From NCBI RefSeq assembly GCF_964355755.1, contig NC_092674.1, forward strand, positions 17,236,001 through 17,300,000: a stretch of DNA of 64,000 nt. The letters are read 5' to 3'. The position numbers were made by a program, and so were the translations under genes. Shown piece by piece: positions 23,273-35,877 of the stretch. Source of the stretch: Antedon mediterranea. Taxonomy: Eukaryota > Animalia > Echinodermata. Position 1 is the stretch's first letter. Every line of letters starts with the position of its first letter. The notes beneath the pieces were generated by a model that worked only from the letters and a program-made list of their open reading frames with translations, did not search any database and was not told where the DNA came from.

Positions 23273-23533
23273 GCATATAACTACATAACGCTGTGGTGTG
23301 TGTCACACATTGTGGCTTCTTAATTAAACAAATTAATTAACAAAAAATTAAAAATCCGGCTCTATAGCTTTGAGGACATGTCCCTGTAGTATGTTCATGC
23401 CAAATCCCAGCTCAATACTACAACGAATAAGGGAGGAGTAGTACTTTAAAAATCGCACTTTTTACTCAATAGTGTCCAGATGGAGGAAGAAGAAGAGAAA
23501 ATGAGTAAGTCCTAGACTCGGGTACCCCGAGTA

Positions 23534-24178
23534 AAAATATCTCACTATCAAAAACAATATTTATTTTCAATTAAAAAAAAAAGAAAAAAAATTCCTAGAG
23601 GTTCGAACCCACTACTGAGAGAACTCAAACCTGAGCATTACCGGTTACGCCACAACCCAGTAGATGAGTGAAGAGCTGATAATAGTCTATTTATATGAAA
23701 TGAATGTGATCAATCGATGAAAAATAATGCCATGCAACTTTGTTTCTGATTTTAAAAAAAGGTTCACTTGTTTAGGCTTGACAGTTGCAACCCTCAAAAT
23801 ATCTCACTTTCAAAAACAATATTTATTTTCAATAAAAAAAAAAAAAGAAAAAAAATACACTTATAGGTTCGAACCAACTGCTGAGAGCACTCAAACCTGA
23901 GCATTACCCGTTACGCCACAAACCAGTAATAATAATAATAATAAATAACATTTATAAAGCGCAAGAGACAAAGCTTTCAAAGCGCTGTGTTTTCCAAGAT
24001 CTGTGCAAGTAGTAGCGTGTGATTATGCTTCTCTGAAGAGATGAGTTTTGAGTTTAGTTTTAAATGTGATTACAGATTTTGATGAGCGTATTTCGAGGGG
24101 TAGAGTGTTCCAGAGTTTTGGGGATGATTGATAGATGACTGAAGAGCTGATAATAGTCTATTTCTATGAAATGAATGA
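23534..24178. repeat. Satellite 1 monomers (interrupted by an L2 stub)
   Basis: The monomer resumes after the HINE, breaks at aaccagta (23928) and resumes as tagatgactgaagagc (24132). Confidence 0.9.
23929..24131 (-). mobile_element. 5'-truncated L2-type LINE 3' end
   Basis: The minus strand encodes SPKLWNTLPLEIRSSKSVITFKTKLKTHLFREA*, followed by a short 3' UTR ending gcgctttataaatgttatt(tat)n. Confidence 0.85.
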
Positions 24179-24550
24179 TGGGCCGGTCCTGTTTAGCAAG
24201 TACAGTAATTGAAAAATCAAAGCTGTTTTCCGACTTTATCATACTCTTAATGTCTAGTCCCGCCAGCATATTGCATCTCTGCCCTGACGTTAGAGCCATC
24301 AACATGACTAGTTTATACGATAAATCCCTAAGTGACAACTTATCTAATGGCTGCATTAGAGCTAAGTAATCTAGAACAATGTTAGCGTCCCAGGTAACTG
24401 CGTACCTTGGAGCCGGAGGCCGGCAGTTAAAAACCCCTTTCATATACTTGGTAACTAGTACATGATGTGTAAGGGGTCGGTCCTCCCTGCACTGATAGTC
24501 AGTGAAGCAACATGCTAACGCTGACCTAGCCGTGTTAAGCGAGGAGTAAG
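24179..24550 (-). pseudogene. DIRS tyrosine recombinase fragment
   Basis: SSLNTARSAL...KYMKGVFNCRPPAPRYAVTWDANIVLDYL...KLVMLMALTSGQR. It is cut by satellite after KQDRP. Confidence 0.85.
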
Positions 24551-25015
24551 AAACCGTCTATACTTTGCTGCAATAGGCACCGAATAATAAGCGTCCCGGA
24601 GGTTGATGGATGACATAAAACACCCCGGCTTCATAAGCTTTATTGCCGAATCTATCGTGTCCACTTTAAAATGCCTACAAGTGACATACTCATTAAGTTC
24701 CTTAAGGTTGAAAATAACTCTATATTTACCCGGTTCTTTTTTGGGACGGATAAAGATAGGCGAAACAAAATCTCCTTTACATAGTTTGGAAATGCAATAA
24801 CCCTTTTGGCCAAAAAAGATGCAAGTTCTGAGTCAATAGCTCGTTGCTCAGCAACAGAAAATTGCGACTCTAATTGTCGATTATAGCCAGCCTGTACAGG
24901 CATAGCTTCAAATTCAATTTCACAATTGGTAAAACATGACAGAACAAAGGGATCCGTAGTGATCTCTTTCCAACGGTCCACGCAGAACCTTAATTGACCT
25001 GCAATAAAACTACCA
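24551..25015 (-). pseudogene. DIRS reverse transcriptase N-terminal fragment
   Basis: AGQLRFCVDRWKEITTDPFVL...; after a frameshift FVSPIFIRPKKEPGKYRVIFNLKELN...HFKVDT...INLRDAYYSVPI. Confidence 0.85.
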
Positions 25016-25058
25016 TGATTATTAAGAATTTTATCAATCTGATTAACAAAACTGACCT

Positions 25059-25949
25059 CTACTCTCGATTTCCCTTTGGTTGAGCAGCCAGCCGGGCTCC
25101 CTGTCTGCGTTGGTAGGAGCCCTTTCCTCCTAAAAAAGACTGGTTTGACTGGTACCTCTGGAACCCTGAGTGACTTCCACCTCGGCTGCGGAAACCAACT
25201 CGTCTGGCTCCTTCATATGGGTGGTATCCACGACCCCGACTTCGTCTAGCACTTGATAATTTCTCGCCAAGTTTGTTTGATTTGAAGAGATCGTCTATCT
25301 GTTTGGTAACATCATCTCCAAAGAGCTCTGTGGTTATGGGAGTTGTAACCCCACAGAGTGCAACAAATCGTGCGTTAAGGTCTGGTTTTAACATCTCCCT
25401 TCGCTTCAGGTTAAACTCCCGGTTTGCAGTCAGCGCTATAACCAGTGCATGCGTCAATGTAGTTTTCAAATCACCTGAGGCCTTGTGACATGCTTGGAGC
25501 AGAGCATACATAGAGTTTACGAACAGTGCCTGCACTTTCTGCAACCCAACATCATTGGTCCTGGTAGAAGGTTTCAACTGGCCCCACACAGGTAAGTTCA
25601 CCTTGGGTGTGATTAGCATTTCACAGTTGAGTGGTCGAAGATATTTTCCAGTAAGCTCAGTCATCTTTGCAGGGGGTATCCTTCCACTAATCATGTCACT
25701 TACAATTGTAGCCAATTTATCATCCACAGCTGGCCCTGTAAGTGTGGCTGTACTAAATTCAGCTGCTAGGTCAGCAAAATCACTGGTTTGACTAGCTGTA
25801 GCTACCTCCTCTGGCCCACTTGTGTACACATCAATGCGTTGTGCTGTTTGTGCATCGGGGAGCTCATCATCCAACCACACAGGCATATAAGACTGGCCCT
25901 CATCAGGCTCCTCTGTGAAGCCAACCATATCTTTGACTTGTTGAACCAA
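25059..25949 (-). CDS. gag: DIRS gag-like ORF1 (5'-truncated)
   Basis: 296-aa ORF with RPLNCEMLITPKVN...D..LQKVQ...KRREMLKPDL...LFGDD and an R/G-rich tail, immediately upstream of the DIRS RT. Confidence 0.8.
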   Translation of the reverse strand: MVQQVKDMVGFTEEPDEGQSYMPVWLDDELPDAQTAQRIDVYTSGPEEVATASQTSDFADLAAEFSTATLTGPAVDDKLATIVSDMISGRIPPAKMTELTGKYLRPLNCEMLITPKVNLPVWGQLKPSTRTNDVGLQKVQALFVNSMYALLQACHKASGDLKTTLTHALVIALTANREFNLKRREMLKPDLNARFVALCGVTTPITTELFGDDVTKQIDDLFKSNKLGEKLSSARRSRGRGYHPYEGARRVGFRSRGGSHSGFQRYQSNQSFLGGKGSYQRRQGARLAAQPKGNRE

Positions 25950-25950
25950 A

Positions 25951-26871
25951 TCTTACTTCATGAAAAGTTTTATCGACATGCTCAAAATGGTTTAAAACGT
26001 TTTCAAACACGATATTAAGCTATTTTGTGCAATTTGATGTTTTTGTGTGAAAAGTTTTATCGAAATGCACAAAATGGTCTAAAACGTCTCTAAATGCGAT
26101 TTGAAGCTATTTTTTACACTTTGATGTTTTTGTGTGAAAAGTTTTATCGAAATGCTCAAAATGGTCTAAAACGGTTTCAAATGTGATTTGAAGCACTTTG
26201 ATGTTTTTGTGTAACCAAGTTTCATCGAAATGCACAAAATGCACATTTAAAACCGTTTTAGAGCATTTTGAGCATTTCCATAAAACTTTTCACACAAAAA
26301 CATCAAAGTGCACAAAATAGCTACAAATCGCAATTAGAGACGTTTTAGAAAATTTTGTGCATTTCGATAAAACTTTTCACAAAAAAAACATCAAATTGCA
26401 CAAAATAGCTTAATATCGTGTTTGAAGACGTTTTAGACCATTTTGAGCATGTCGATAAAACTTTTGACACAAAAACATCAAAGTGCACAGAATAGCTTCA
26501 AATTGCATTTGGAGACGTTTTAGACCATTTTGTGCATTTCGAAAAAATGTGTTAACATAAAAAGGCCAAAGTGCTTAGAATATCTTCAAATCGCATTTGA
26601 GGACGTTTTAGACCATTATGTGCATTTCGATGAAAATCACATTTAAAACCGTTTTAGAGCATTTTGAGCATTTCGATAAAACTTTTCACACAAAAACATC
26701 AAAGTGCACAAAATGGCTTCAAATCGCATTTGAAACCGTTTTAGACCATTTTAAGCATTTCGACAAAACTTTTTCACACAAAATATCAAAGTGCTTAGAA
26801 TAGCTTCAAATTGCAATTGGAGACCTTTTAGACCATTTTGTGCATTTCGATGAAACTTGGTTACACAAAAA
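25951..26871. repeat. Satellite 2 (~87-bp monomer, 77-bp variants) with an orientation switch at ~26240
   Basis: aaaagttttatcgaaatgcacaaaatggtctaaaacg... runs to ~26240, then its reverse complement (cgttttagaccattttgtgcatttcgataaaactttt). Confidence 0.92.
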
Positions 26872-28199
26872 CTGCCCTGTCATGAAAGAACGACTCAACT
26901 GACACATTTTTCAAAAATCACTTATTTAGCTTTTTGGGCTATTTAGGGAATAATACACCCTGTGGTATATTCAGATATTCCAAATTTTGACTAGAAATAT
27001 GAAATTTAAAATTCGAAATACCACTCAATTGCAAGTGTGTGTTACTATTGTCATGAAAGACTAACTCAACTGCAAATGTCATGAAAGACTCACTCAATTG
27101 ACATATTAACACCTATTATGTCATAGGAAACCCATTCAAGTGCACAACAATGGTGTTTACTGCACAGCAAGCTGTGTACTCAAATGTTGTTGTTTTAAAC
27201 ATTAAATAATTTGGTACTGCCCTACTAATAATTGTCAATATTTATTTTATTCAATACTCACTTTAACTTGTTTAGTTATTATTAGAGTATTAATTATATT
27301 TTTCGAATATTCAGAATTAAATACTCCGGAGAGACTACTGTATGTGAACACCATTATGCTATTATTGAATATTCTCCCTCTTAAATTAATACTTAAAACT
27401 AAAAATAAAAAATACAAGAAACATGAAAAACAATATTTTAAACTTATTTTTAGATACAAATCTATGTACACACTAAATATATACAGAAAAGGGGGAAATT
27501 TGATTGCTAACAATATAACGACGGTAGTGTCCAGCCAAAAATAATTTTAAAAATGAATGAATTATCATGCCTTAAAAGGTGTCATTATTTTGAATAACAT
27601 ATGTTCTTGTTCATTTTCCTCTAATGAAATAGTATCACATATAAATTCATTCTTTATAAGCAAAAACCCCAATTAGTCTTAGGCTTAGCTTATACCAAGC
27701 CAAAAAACGCACAGGCAGACAATGGGCTTTGGGTGCCTTATATGACGTAGACAAAATTGGCCTAGGAACATAAATCATTTAAAAAATCACTATATAACTA
27801 AGTATTATATGAACTAAAGTCTTGTTATCAAAATTATTAAATAATATAAAATGTTTTTTATATATTTTATGTTAAATTAGTACTTTCTTGAAAATACTTT
27901 TTGTAGTTGAGTTGATTCTTTCATGACAAATGCAGTTGAGTCAGTCTTTCGTGATTTTCTTGTGTAAGATTGACCAAGAATGTTATAAAAAAACAGTAAA
28001 ACTGACATATCTAAAATTAGAGTCAGTAGATTTAATAAAACTTTCTACACAATAAAGAGTACTTATATGTACTTCTAAAAGGTGTGAAAATCAGAATAAT
28101 ATTATCTACACATAAGAAGGGCTAAAACAATAACATGTTTTGTTGATTATCTCAAAACTTTGGTTTACGCAGTTGAGTCGTTCTTTCATGACGGGGCAG
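26872..28199. mobile_element. Non-autonomous TIR DNA transposon with a 4-bp AAAA TSD (Sola1-like, tentative)
   Basis: 30-bp TIRs ctgccctgtcatgaaagaacgactcaactg / cagttgagtcgttctttcatgacggggcag, and subterminal TIR-like motifs at ~27049-27100 and ~27900-27955. It splits the satellite ttacacaaaaa|aaaacatcaaag and has no transposase ORF. Confidence 0.85.
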
Positions 28200-28830
28200 A
28201 AAACATCAAAGTGCTTAAAATCACATTTAAAACCGTTTTAGAGCATTTTGAGCATTTTCATAAAACTTTTCACACAAAATAATCAAGGTGCACAAAATAG
28301 CTTCAAATCGCATTTGCTTTGAAAATGTTTTAGACCATTTTCAGCAATTCGACAAAACTTTTTCACATACAATTTCAAAGTGCTTAGAATAGCTTCAAAT
28401 CGCATTTAGAGACGTTTTAGACCATTTTGTGATTTCAGAAAAAACTTGTTAACATAAAAACACCAAAGTGCTTAGAAATGCTTCAAATCGCATTTGGAGA
28501 CGTTTTAGACCATTTTATGCATTTCGATGAAACTTGGTTACACAAAAACATCAAAGTGCTTAAAATCACATTTGAAACCGTTTTAGACCATTTTGAGCAT
28601 TTCGATAAAACTTTTCACAAAAAAACATCAAATTGCACAAAATAGCTTAATATCGTGTTTGAAGACGTTTTAGACCATTTTGAGCATGTTGATAAAACTT
28701 TTGACACGAAAACATCAAAGTGCACAGAATAGCTTCAAATCGCATTTGGAGACGTTTTAGACCATTTCGTGATTTTCGAAAAAATTTTTAACATAAAAAC
28801 ACCAAAGTGCTTAGAAATGCTTCAAATCAC
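28200..28830. repeat. Satellite 2, reverse orientation
   Basis: Continuation of the array interrupted by the TIR element. Confidence 0.92.
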
Positions 28831-29735
28831 CCGATTCTGCTACTTTCCACAGGTGCTATCTGTAAAACTATAGCAAGTTATACACGTTGCTGTCTGCTAT
28901 AAATGCTGTACTTTTAACACACGGTACTCTGTCTGTAGCACAGTGTGTGCTGACAATTTACAATGATGTACAACCATAGGCAGGTTTTCGTACTGCCATG
29001 CAAGAATGGATAGGTGTTTTCCGCCGCTTTTAGGCCTTCTAGTCAATTATTGCTATTATTATACGAATTACAATTAGTCTAGTAGCTCATCTACCTTTTT
29101 AGCAGGGCATACTGAATATTGCAGCTAGGCTAGGCCTACTAGTCTAGCGGAAAATCAACCAATTATTTGGTTGGATACGAGTTTAGGGTGGGAAGTTAAG
29201 TACGGCATGGGTACGAGTCGACCAGGGGTGAATCGACCAGAGTACACCCGGCCGCCCTACTAGAGCATAGGCTACAGGCCTGCAGGAATGGGAAATCTGT
29301 CCTAGCTATAGGCATAGGCCTACATTGGGACGCCCAAAAAAGCCATCCTATGAGCATAAAAAGGCCTCGTAGAGCCAGACATGTTAACATATACTACACA
29401 ATACTAGTACGTCTACCATTTATTATAGTTCCATGGTACTACGGATCACTACTATCTAGGTCTAGTCTAGTAGGCTAGGGTAGGGTTCCAGTAATTTCGG
29501 TCGCGTTTTTTCAGGAGGGCATGTGAGAGGTGAGGTAGGTTAGCCCAGCTAGGCTAAACTAACATGTAAGTAGTATTCTACCATGGGATGAGAACGAGTC
29601 GGCATGGGGGTACGGGTTGATCTTTATCCGTATTCTAGGGTGCTGGTCAACCCGTAACGTACCCATGTCAACTCGTACCAAACTTGGCTAACTCGTACCC
29701 AAATAATTGGTCAACTCGTAACAATAGCTTTATAG
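28831..29735. other. Non-satellite spacer with inverted ggtacgagt/actcgtacc motif clusters (probable MITE remnants)
   Basis: tacgagt motifs at 29177-29225 and 29590-29620 face inverted aactcgtac motifs at 29645-29722, with TAGGCCTA-rich sequence between them. Confidence 0.45.
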
Positions 29736-31427
29736 CTTTATTGATGCTTTTGTGAAACCAAGTTTCATCGAAGTGCACAAAATGGTCTAAAACGTCTCAA
29801 AATGCGATTTGAAGCTATTTTGTGCACCTTGATGCTTTTTGTGTGAAAAGTTTTATTAAAATCACAAAATGGTCTAAAACGTCTCCAAATGCGATTTGAA
29901 GCTATTCTGTGCACTTTGATGTTTGTGTGTCAAAAGTTTTATCGACATGCTCAAAATGGTCTAAAACGTCTTCAAACACGATATTAAGCTATTTTGTGCA
30001 ATTTGGTGTTTATTTTGTGAAAAGTTTTATCGAAATGCACAAAATTTTCTAAAACGTCTCTAAATGCGATTTGAAGCTATTTTGTGCACTTTGATGTTTT
30101 TGTGTGAAAAGTTTTATCGGAATGCTCAAAATGCTCTAAAACGGTTTTAAATGTGATTTTAAGCACTTTGATGTTTTTGTGTAACCAAGTTTCATCGAAA
30201 TGCACAAAATGGTATAAAACGTCTCTAAATGCGAGTTGAAGCTATTTTGTGCACTTTGATGTTTTTGTGTGAAAAGTTTTATCGAAATGCTTAAAATTCT
30301 CTAAAACGGTTATAAATGTGATTTTAAGCACTTTGATGCTTTTGTGAAACCAAGTTTCATCGAAGTGCACAAAATGGTCTAAAACGTCTCCAAATGCGAT
30401 TTGAAGCTATTTTGTGCACCTTGATGCTTTTGTGTGAAAAATTTTATTAAAATAACAAAATGGTCTAAAACGTCTCCAAATGCGATTTGAAAGCTATTCT
30501 GTGCACTTTGATGTTTGTGTGTTTAAAGTTTTATCGACATGCTCAAAATGGTCTAAAACGTCTTCAAACACGATATTAAGCTATTTTGTGCAATTTGATG
30601 TTTATTTTGTGAAAAGTTTTATCGAAATGCACAACATTTTCTAAAACGTCTCTAAATGCGATTTGAAGCTATTTTGTGCACTTTGATGTTTTTGTGTGAA
30701 AAGTTTTATCGGAATGCTCAAAATGCTCTAAAACGGGTTTAAATGTGATTTTAAGCACTTTGATGTTTTTGTGTAACCAAGTTTCATCGAAATGCACAAA
30801 ATGGTATAAAACGTCTCTAAATGCGATTTGAAGCTATTTTGTGCACTTTGATGTTTTTGTCTGAAAAGTTTTATCGAAATGCTTAAAATTCTCTAAAACG
30901 GTTTTAAATGTGATTTCAAGCACTTTGATGTTTTTGTGTAACCAAGTTTCATCGAAATGCACAAAGTGGTCTTAAACGTCTCCAAATGCCATTTGAAGCT
31001 ATTCTAAGCACTTCGATGTTTTTATGTTAACAAGTTTTTTCGAAATATACAAAATGGTCTAAAACGTCTCCAAATGCGATTTGAAGCTATTCTGTGCACT
31101 TTGATGTTTTTGTGTGAAAAGTTTTATCGACATGCTCAAAATCGTTTAAAACGATTTCAAACACGGTATTAAGCTATTTTGTGGAATTTGATGTAGTTTT
31201 TGTGTGAAAAGTTTTATCGAAATGCACAAGATGGTCTAAAACGTCTCTAAATGCGATTTGAAACTATTTTGTACACTTTGATGTTTTTGTGTGAAAAGTT
31301 TTTTCGAAATGCTCAAAATGTTCTAAAATGGTTTTAAATGTGATTTTAAGAACTTTGATGTTTTTGTGTAACCAAGTTTCATCGAAATGCACAAAATGGT
31401 CTAAAACGTCTCCAAATGCGATTTGAA
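29736..31427. repeat. Satellite 2, forward orientation, with a ~591-bp higher-order duplication
   Basis: ttgatgcttttgtgaaaccaag recurs at 29741 and 30332, followed by the same variant series. Confidence 0.92.
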
Positions 31428-31930
31428 GTAACTAGTTATGTCAAAAAATAAAAGGTTGAAATTTGGCCATTTTTGCGAAAATTTCCCTGTGGGGGACCAT
31501 AGGAATTTTTTTCGAAAAATGGCAAAAATTTCCACTTTTTAAAATTGAATAATTATGCTATTATATTGGAATTTATGCAAATATATTGTGTTAGAATCAT
31601 CTTATAGAGCCATCGTAACTAGTTTTGTCAAATAATAAAAGGGTCGAAATTTGGCAATTTTTCGAAAATTTCGCTGCGGGGGACCATAGGAATTTTTTCC
31701 AAAAATTTCCAAAACTTCCACTTTTTGAAATTTAAAAATTATGCTATAATATTGCCATTTATGCACATATATTGTGTTAACATCATCTTATAGAGCCATC
31801 GTAACTAGTTATGTCAAAAAATAAAATGGTTGAAAACTGGCCATTTTTCGAAAATTTCCCTGCGGGGACCATGTGACTTTTTTTCAAAAAATGGTCAAAA
31901 TTTCCATTCTTTAAAATTAAAAAATTATTA
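31428..31930. repeat. Satellite 3, inverted block
   Basis: Reverse complement of the 185-bp monomer (aactagttatgtcaaaaaataaaagg...). A satellite 2 snippet follows at 31931-32022. Confidence 0.9.
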
Positions 31931-33622
31931 TGTGAAAAGTTTCATCGAAATGCTCAAAATGGTCTAAAACGGTTTCTAATGTGATTTTATCACTTTGATG
32001 TTTTTGTGTAACCAAGTTTCATTAACTAGTTACTATGGCTCTATAAGATGATGTTAGCAAAATATATGTGTATAAATGGCAATATAATAGCATAATTATT
32101 TAATTTTAAAAAGTGGAAAATGTTGCCATTTTTCGACCCTTTTATTTTTTTGACATAACTAGTTGCTATGTCTCTATAAGATGATGTTAGCACAAATTAT
32201 TTGCATAAAAGGCAATATTATAGCATAATTTTCGAATTTTAAAAAAATGGAAATTTTGTCTATTTTTCGAAAAAAATTCCTATGGACCCCCGCAGGAAAA
32301 TTTTCAAAAATGGCCAAATTTCGACCCTTTTATTTTTTGACATAAGTAGTTGCTATGGCGCTATAAGATGATGTTAGCACAATATATTTGCATAAATGGC
32401 AATACTATAACATAATGTTTGAATCTTAAAAATTGGACATTTTAGTCATTTTTCGAAAAAATTACTTTTGTCCCCAGGGAAATTTTTCAAAAAATTGCAA
32501 AATTTCGACCCTTTAAAAAAAAAAATAACTAGTTACTATGGCTCTATAAGATGATGTTAACACAATATATGTGCATAAATGGCAATATTATAGCCTAATT
32601 ATAGAATTTAAAAAATTGGAAATTTTTGCAATTTTTCGAAACAATTCTTATGGTCCCCCGCAGGAAAACAAACCTTTTATTTTTTGACATAACTAGTTAC
32701 TATGGCTCTATAAAATGATGTTAACACAATATATGTGCATAAATGGCAATATTATAGTCTAATTATTGAATTTTAAAAGGTGGAAATTCTGGTTATTTTT
32801 TGAAAAAAATCTTGTGATCCCCCGCAGGAAAATTTTCGAAAAAATAGCAAAATTTCGACCCTTTTATTTTTTGACCTAACTAGTTAATCTGGCTCTATAA
32901 GATGATGTTAGCACAATATATGTGAATAAATGGCAATATTATAGAATAATTATTGAATTAAAAAAAATGGACATTTTGGCTATTTTTCGAAAAAATTCCT
33001 ATGGTCCGCCGCAGGGAAGTTTTCGAAAAATGGCCAAATTTTGACCCTTTTGTTTTTTGACATAACTAGTTACTATGTCTCTATAAGATGATGTTAGCAC
33101 AATATATGTGAATAAATGGCAATATTATAGCATAATTATTGAATTTTAAAAAATGGACATTTTGGCAATTTTTCGAAAAAATTCCTATGGTCCGCCGCAG
33201 GGAAATTTTCGAAAAATTGCCAAATTTCTAACCTTTTTTTTTTAGACATAACTCGTTACTATGGCTCAATAAGATGATGTTAACACAATATATGTGCATA
33301 AATGGCAATATTATAGCTTAATTATTAAATTTGAAACGGTGGAAATTTTGGTTTAAATTTTTCGAAAAAATTCCTGTGGTCCCCTGGAGGAAAATTTTCG
33401 AAAAATGGCCAAATTTCGACCCTTTTATTTTTTTTGACATAACTAGTTGCTATGTCTCTATAAGATGATGTTAGCACAATATATTTGCATAAATGGCAAT
33501 TTTATAGCATAATTTTCGAATTTTAAAAAGTGGAAATTTTTGCCATTTTTCAAAAAAATTCCCTCGCAGGAAAATTTTCAAAAATGGCCAAATTTCGACC
33601 CTTTTATTTTTTGACATAAGTA

Positions 33623-33872
33623 TTTATTTTATTTTTATTTTTATTTTTATTTATTTCCTTTATTGCATCAAGTAAACAGTGATGAAGTTGACATAAATAT
33701 AATAGTAAATATGTAAACACATAGTATAACACAGTCCAAACAAGTAATACTTTAAATATTTCATAGTCTACAAATCAGTCTTTCAATGGCCATCATAGTA
33801 CATCCAGTAACACAAACCAATAAGGGTTCACAATTTGCTTATCATAACTCAGTTACTGATCATTCACCAATC
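33623..33872 (-). mobile_element. ~250-bp retroposed 3' fragment with AATAAA and an (A4-5T)n tail; further copies at 35365-35613, 42367-42615, 50502-50750 and 59568-59817
   Basis: The minus strand ends gcaataaaggaaataaataaaaataaaaataaaa. It sits at the same satellite 3 position in all copies, replacing ~14 bp. Confidence 0.65.
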
Positions 33873-35877
33873 ATAAGATCATGTTAGCACAATATATTTG
33901 TATAAATGGCAATATTATAGCATATTTTTCGAATTTTAAAAAGTGGAAATTTTGGTTATTTCTCGAAAAAATTCCTGTGGTCCCACGTCGGAAAATTGCC
34001 AAATTTCGACACTTTTATTTTTGACAAAACTAGTTACTATGGCTCTATAAAATGATGTTAACACAATATATGTTCATAAATGGATATATTATAGCCTAAT
34101 TATTGAATTTTAAATGGTACACATTTTGGTTATTTTTCGAAAAAAATCCTATCGTCCCCCAACCGGAAATTTTCGGAATATGGCCAAATTTCGACCCTTT
34201 TATTTTTTGACATAACTAGTTACTATGGCTCTATAAGATGATGTTAGCACAATATATTTGCATAAATGGCAATATTATAGCATAATTATTTAATTTTAAA
34301 AAGTGGAAAATTTTGGCATTTTCGTCGACCCTTTTATTTTTTGACATAACTAGTTACTATGTCTCTATAAGATTATGTTAGCACAATATATTTGCATAAA
34401 TGGCAATATTATAGCATAATTTTTTGAATTTTAGAAAGTATAAATTTTGGCCATTTTCGAGAAAAAAAAACTCCTATGGACCCCCGCAGGAAAATTTTCG
34501 GAAAATGGCCAAATTTCGACCCTTTTATTTTTTGACATAACTAGTTACTATGTCTCTATAAGATGATGTTAGCACAATATATGTACATAAATTGCAATAT
34601 TATAGCATAATTTTCGAATTTTAGAAATTGTAAATTTTGTCAATTTTTCGAAAAAATTCCTATGGTCTCCGGCAGAAAAATTTTCGAAAAATGGCCAAAT
34701 TTAAACCCTTTTATTTTTTGACATAATTCGTTACTATGGCTCTATAAGATGATGTTAGCAAAATATATCTGTATAAATGGCAATATTATAGCATATTTAT
34801 TTAATTTTAAAGAGTGGAAAATGTTGCCATTTTTCGACCCTTTTATTTTTTTGACATAACTAGCTGATATGTCTCTATAAGATGATGTTAACACAATATG
34901 TGCATAAATGGCAATATGATAACATTATTATTGATTTTGAAAAAGTGGAAAATTTTGCCATTATTCGAAAACATTTATATAGTCCCCAGCAGGAACATTT
35001 TCGAAAAATGGCCAAATTTCCACTCTTTTATTTTTTGACATAATTCGTTACTATGACGTTATAAGATGATGTTAGCAAAATATATCTGTATAAATGGCAA
35101 TATTATAGCATAATTATTGAATTTTACAAAGTGGAAAATGTTGCCATTTTTCGACCCTTTTATTTTTTAAACATAACTAGTTGCTATGTCTCTATAAGAT
35201 GATGTTAGCACAATATATTTGCATAAATGGCAATTTTATAGCATAATTTTGGAATTTTAAAAAGAGGAAATGTTTGCCATTTTTCAAAAAAATTCCTATG
35301 GTCCCTCGCAGGAAAATTTTCAAAAATGGCCAAATTTCGACCCTTTTATTTTTTGACATAAGTATTTATTTTATTTTTATTTTTATTTTTATTTATTTCC
35401 TTTATTGCATCAAGTAAACAGTGATGAAGTTGACATAAATATAATAGTAAATATGTAAACACATAGTATAACACAGTCCAAACAAGTAATACTAAAATAT
35501 ATCATAGTCCACAAATCAGTCTTTCAATGGCCATCATAGTACATCCAGTAACACAAACCAATAAGGGTTCACAATTTGCTTATCATAACTCAGTTACTGA
35601 TCATTCACCAATCATAAGATCATGTTAGCACAATATTCTTGTATAAATGGCAATATTATAGCATATTTTTCAAATTTTAAAAAGTGGAAATTTTGGTTAT
35701 TTCTCGAAAAAATTCCTGTGGTCCCCCGCAGGGAAATTGTCGGAAAATTGCCAAATTTCGACACTTTTATTTTTTGACATAACTAGTTACTATGGCTCTA
35801 TAAAATGATGTTAACACAATATATGTTCATAAATGGATATATTATAGCCCAATTATTGAATTTTAAATGGTAGACAT

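Larger units (their letters stand above)
19054..23533. mobile_element. Helentron-associated non-autonomous element (HINE/DINE-1-like) hosting a LINE
   Basis: Starts AACAAG. A 12-bp subterminal inverted repeat pairs tactcggggtac (19073-19084) with gtaccccgagta (23522-23533). There is a terminal hairpin actcgggtaccccgagt (23516-23532) and a short (gaa)n before it. It is inserted in an A-run of the satellite with no clear TSD. Confidence 0.75.
24179..25950 (-). mobile_element. DIRS1-type tyrosine-recombinase retrotransposon remnant, truncated at both ends with an internal deletion
   Basis: gag, RT N-terminus and YR fragments lie in canonical order; no termini are visible. Confidence 0.88.

Noticed and set aside
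24060-24443. 127-aa ORF as a single gene
   Set aside because: It is a chimeric read-through of the YR fragment into satellite and an out-of-frame L2 stub.
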